From Eledone cirrhosa (taxonomy: Eukaryota): a stretch of 64,000 nucleotides of DNA. The stretch is taken from contig OZ024746.1 of assembly GCA_964016885.1 (NCBI GenBank), positions 101,928,001-101,992,000 on the forward strand. The letters are read 5' to 3'. A program made the translations under genes and the position numbers. This document shows, in pieces, positions 62,257 through 64,000 of this stretch (the first letter of the stretch is position 1; the number at the start of each line of letters is the position of its first letter). The notes under the pieces are model-generated. The model saw only the letters and a program-made list of their open reading frames with translations, was not told where the DNA came from and did not search any database.

Positions 62257-63223
62257 ACTAGCATTAAAGCCCGGCGTTGCTCGGGGTCAGTAAATTACCA
62301 AAGTTAGGTTGCACCACCCATTTTATGGCAGCACTTTTTTGTCTGCCAGGCACTGGGTGAATGAATTGCAGACCTGGACTGCCGAAGCAGGAGCTGCGCC
62401 AGCAGTGGCTATTGTAGTTTCGCCTATGGATATTATCTCTGTGCAAAGAAGTGTTGAAATTTATTGTTTCACAGTACTTGTGCAACATGCGCGTAGACGA
62501 TGCCAGCCGAACAACAGAGCTGCGATGGAGTTGTTCTGCATGGTTGTCTAATGTGTGTTTTCTAAATTTAAGACAGTAGGGAGGGGTGTGATATGGGGGA
62601 GAGTTAGCTGCTGTTTCTAGCAGGTTTAGTGACCTCATAGAGAATATGTTTTCTAAATTTAAGACAATAGGGAGTGGTGTGATATGGGGGAGAGTTAGCT
62701 GCTGTTTCTAGCAGGTTTAGTGACCACATAGAGGATATTATTGTGTATAGTAAATGAACTGATACTTCTTTCTTCCACGTTCGTTGATAGATGTTTTAAA
62801 AAAGATTTATCGCTATTTTTTTTGTTGTTGAATAAATTTATCTGTTGCTTTTGAATAATTGTTGTTTCGTATGAAATGTAATAAGTTCTCTTTGTCATTG
62901 AAGTAAATAAATATTTGACCGTTCCACACTCAAAAACAAATGTTCTCTCTCTCTGTCTCTCTCTTAAAGTTTAAGGGGAGTAGAGAGAGGTAATCAGATT
63001 CTATTAGAGGGGTAAAGCGTCATTTATTTAGTTTTATCGATTATTTCCGTATTTGTGGGTAAGTGTGAATGAAATAAATAGTCGTTGATCTAAGTTAGAG
63101 CATTTACAACATTCTTACAGACTTTGAGTCGAATCAGTTTGAAATTGTGCAAATGTATAAACATGGAACATGCACACACACACACACACACACAAAACAA
63201 CAACAATCTGCCTTTTATAGATA
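62257..63223 (+). mobile_element. Non-autonomous Helitron/Helentron-like (HINE/DINE-type) element
   Basis: Starts ACTAG followed by hairpin CCCG-GCGTTGCT-CGGG (62270-62285); internal 91-bp tandem duplication; ends with a (CA)n microsatellite then CTGCCTTTTATAGATA. This is a typical terminal layout for these elements. Confidence 0.55.
62556..62733 (+). repeat. 2 x ~91-bp direct repeat
   Basis: TGTTTTCTAAATTTAAGACA...GGTTTAGTGACC at 62556 and 62647. Confidence 0.9.
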
Positions 63224-63274
63224 ATGATGATTCTTTAACTTATCACAGAATCTAAAACTGAAGAACAGCTGCTA

Positions 63275-63615
63275 GACTAGATGAAATCCCAGTTGAGTTG
63301 ATGAAGTTTGGTGATGTAATGGTACAAAATTGAACAGTTTCCTGAGAAGAAAAATGTATCCCTAAAGATTGGAGAAGAGATGTGATCTTCAAACTGCCAA
63401 AGCATGGCAATATGACAGTGTGACAACAGGAGGGGAGTAATATTATTGTCAGTTCCTGGAGAAGTGTTTACAGTACTGATGATAAGACTGAAAGGAACTG
63501 GACAAACAACTAAGAATAAATTGGACTGACTTTCAGAGAAGAGAATCATTCTCTGAGTAAATATTCACATTTAGAATACAACATTGAACAGTACTTTGAA
63601 TTGCACCAACCATTG
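63275..63615 (+). pseudogene. Decayed RTE-type LINE RT fragment
   Basis: With frameshifts it reads PKDWRRDVIFKLPKHGN..CDNRRGVILLSVPGEVF..LDKQLR..IFTFR..IEQ, homologous to the RT N-terminal region of the ORF at 2..2197. Confidence 0.7.
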
Positions 63616-63785
63616 ATCGGTAGAGAGTCGGACGCCATGCTTTCCAGCATAGTTACGTCCCTTTGCGGTCTGAGTTCAAATCCCGCCGAGGTTAACTTTG
63701 CCTTTCATCCTTACGGGGTCGATAAAATAAAGTACCAGTAATGTACTGGGGAATTTGCTGGCCTTATGCCAAAAGTAGAAACAAT
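63616..63785 (+). mobile_element. tRNA-derived SINE (partial) with Nin/Deu-like central domain
   Basis: B-box GTTCAAATCC at 63674-63683, followed by GCCTTTCATCCTT..GGGGTCGATAAAATAAAGTACCAG, which resembles the conserved central domain of mollusc SINEs. Confidence 0.7.
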
Positions 63786-64000
63786 TATCTTCAAGAAGAT
63801 AGTTTACATTGGGATCACTGTAAAATATTCTGTGATCACTTAATATTCTTAAGCGTTATGTCACCACTATTATGCCAAATGGCTGTGACCTACCTTTACT
63901 TTTGTGCCTTCTTAATTTGAACTTTGTCATGAGGAGATCAATTGAGCCAGTAAACTTTGACATTGCATAGAAGCAGCTGCTCAAACTTCAAGATTTAGAC

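Noticed and set aside
61794-63549. Short ORFs at the right end as host exons
   Set aside because: No recognisable protein similarity; they overlap repeat-derived or AT-rich sequence.
63640-63700. tRNA gene
   Set aside because: B-box present but no cloverleaf; followed by SINE body sequence.

Overview
Eukaryotic, AT- and microsatellite-rich genomic DNA. The repeat content suggests a mollusc, most likely an octopus (inference). The only host gene I recognise is the first coding exon of OTUD5/DUBA on the minus strand (28434-27958). Everything to its left is therefore probably its first intron, which is filled with long (TA)n tracts holding young retroelements: an RTE-clade LINE with three C-terminal C2H2 fingers, two different CR1-group LINE families (A: two near-identical copies; B: one apparently full-length intact copy plus a fragment), an RTE 3' end, and a non-coding 559-bp tandem/inverted repeat. 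About 1 kb upstream of OTUD5 begins a ~32-kb array of a 16-bp satellite with nested higher-order duplications. The window ends with a Helentron-like non-autonomous element, a decayed RTE fragment and a tRNA-derived SINE. Two observations stand out. (1) Each copy of the 559-bp unit carries a type I hammerhead ribozyme fold with a palindromic stem III, on the same strand as the OTUD5 pre-mRNA; this is a retrozyme/Penelope-pLTR-like system. (2) Both CR1 families lack an AUG ahead of the ORF2 endonuclease but have an in-frame U_UUU_UUA heptamer leading into an open -1 frame, suggesting programmed -1 frameshifting. The long YIYI ORFs in the track are microsatellite artefacts.
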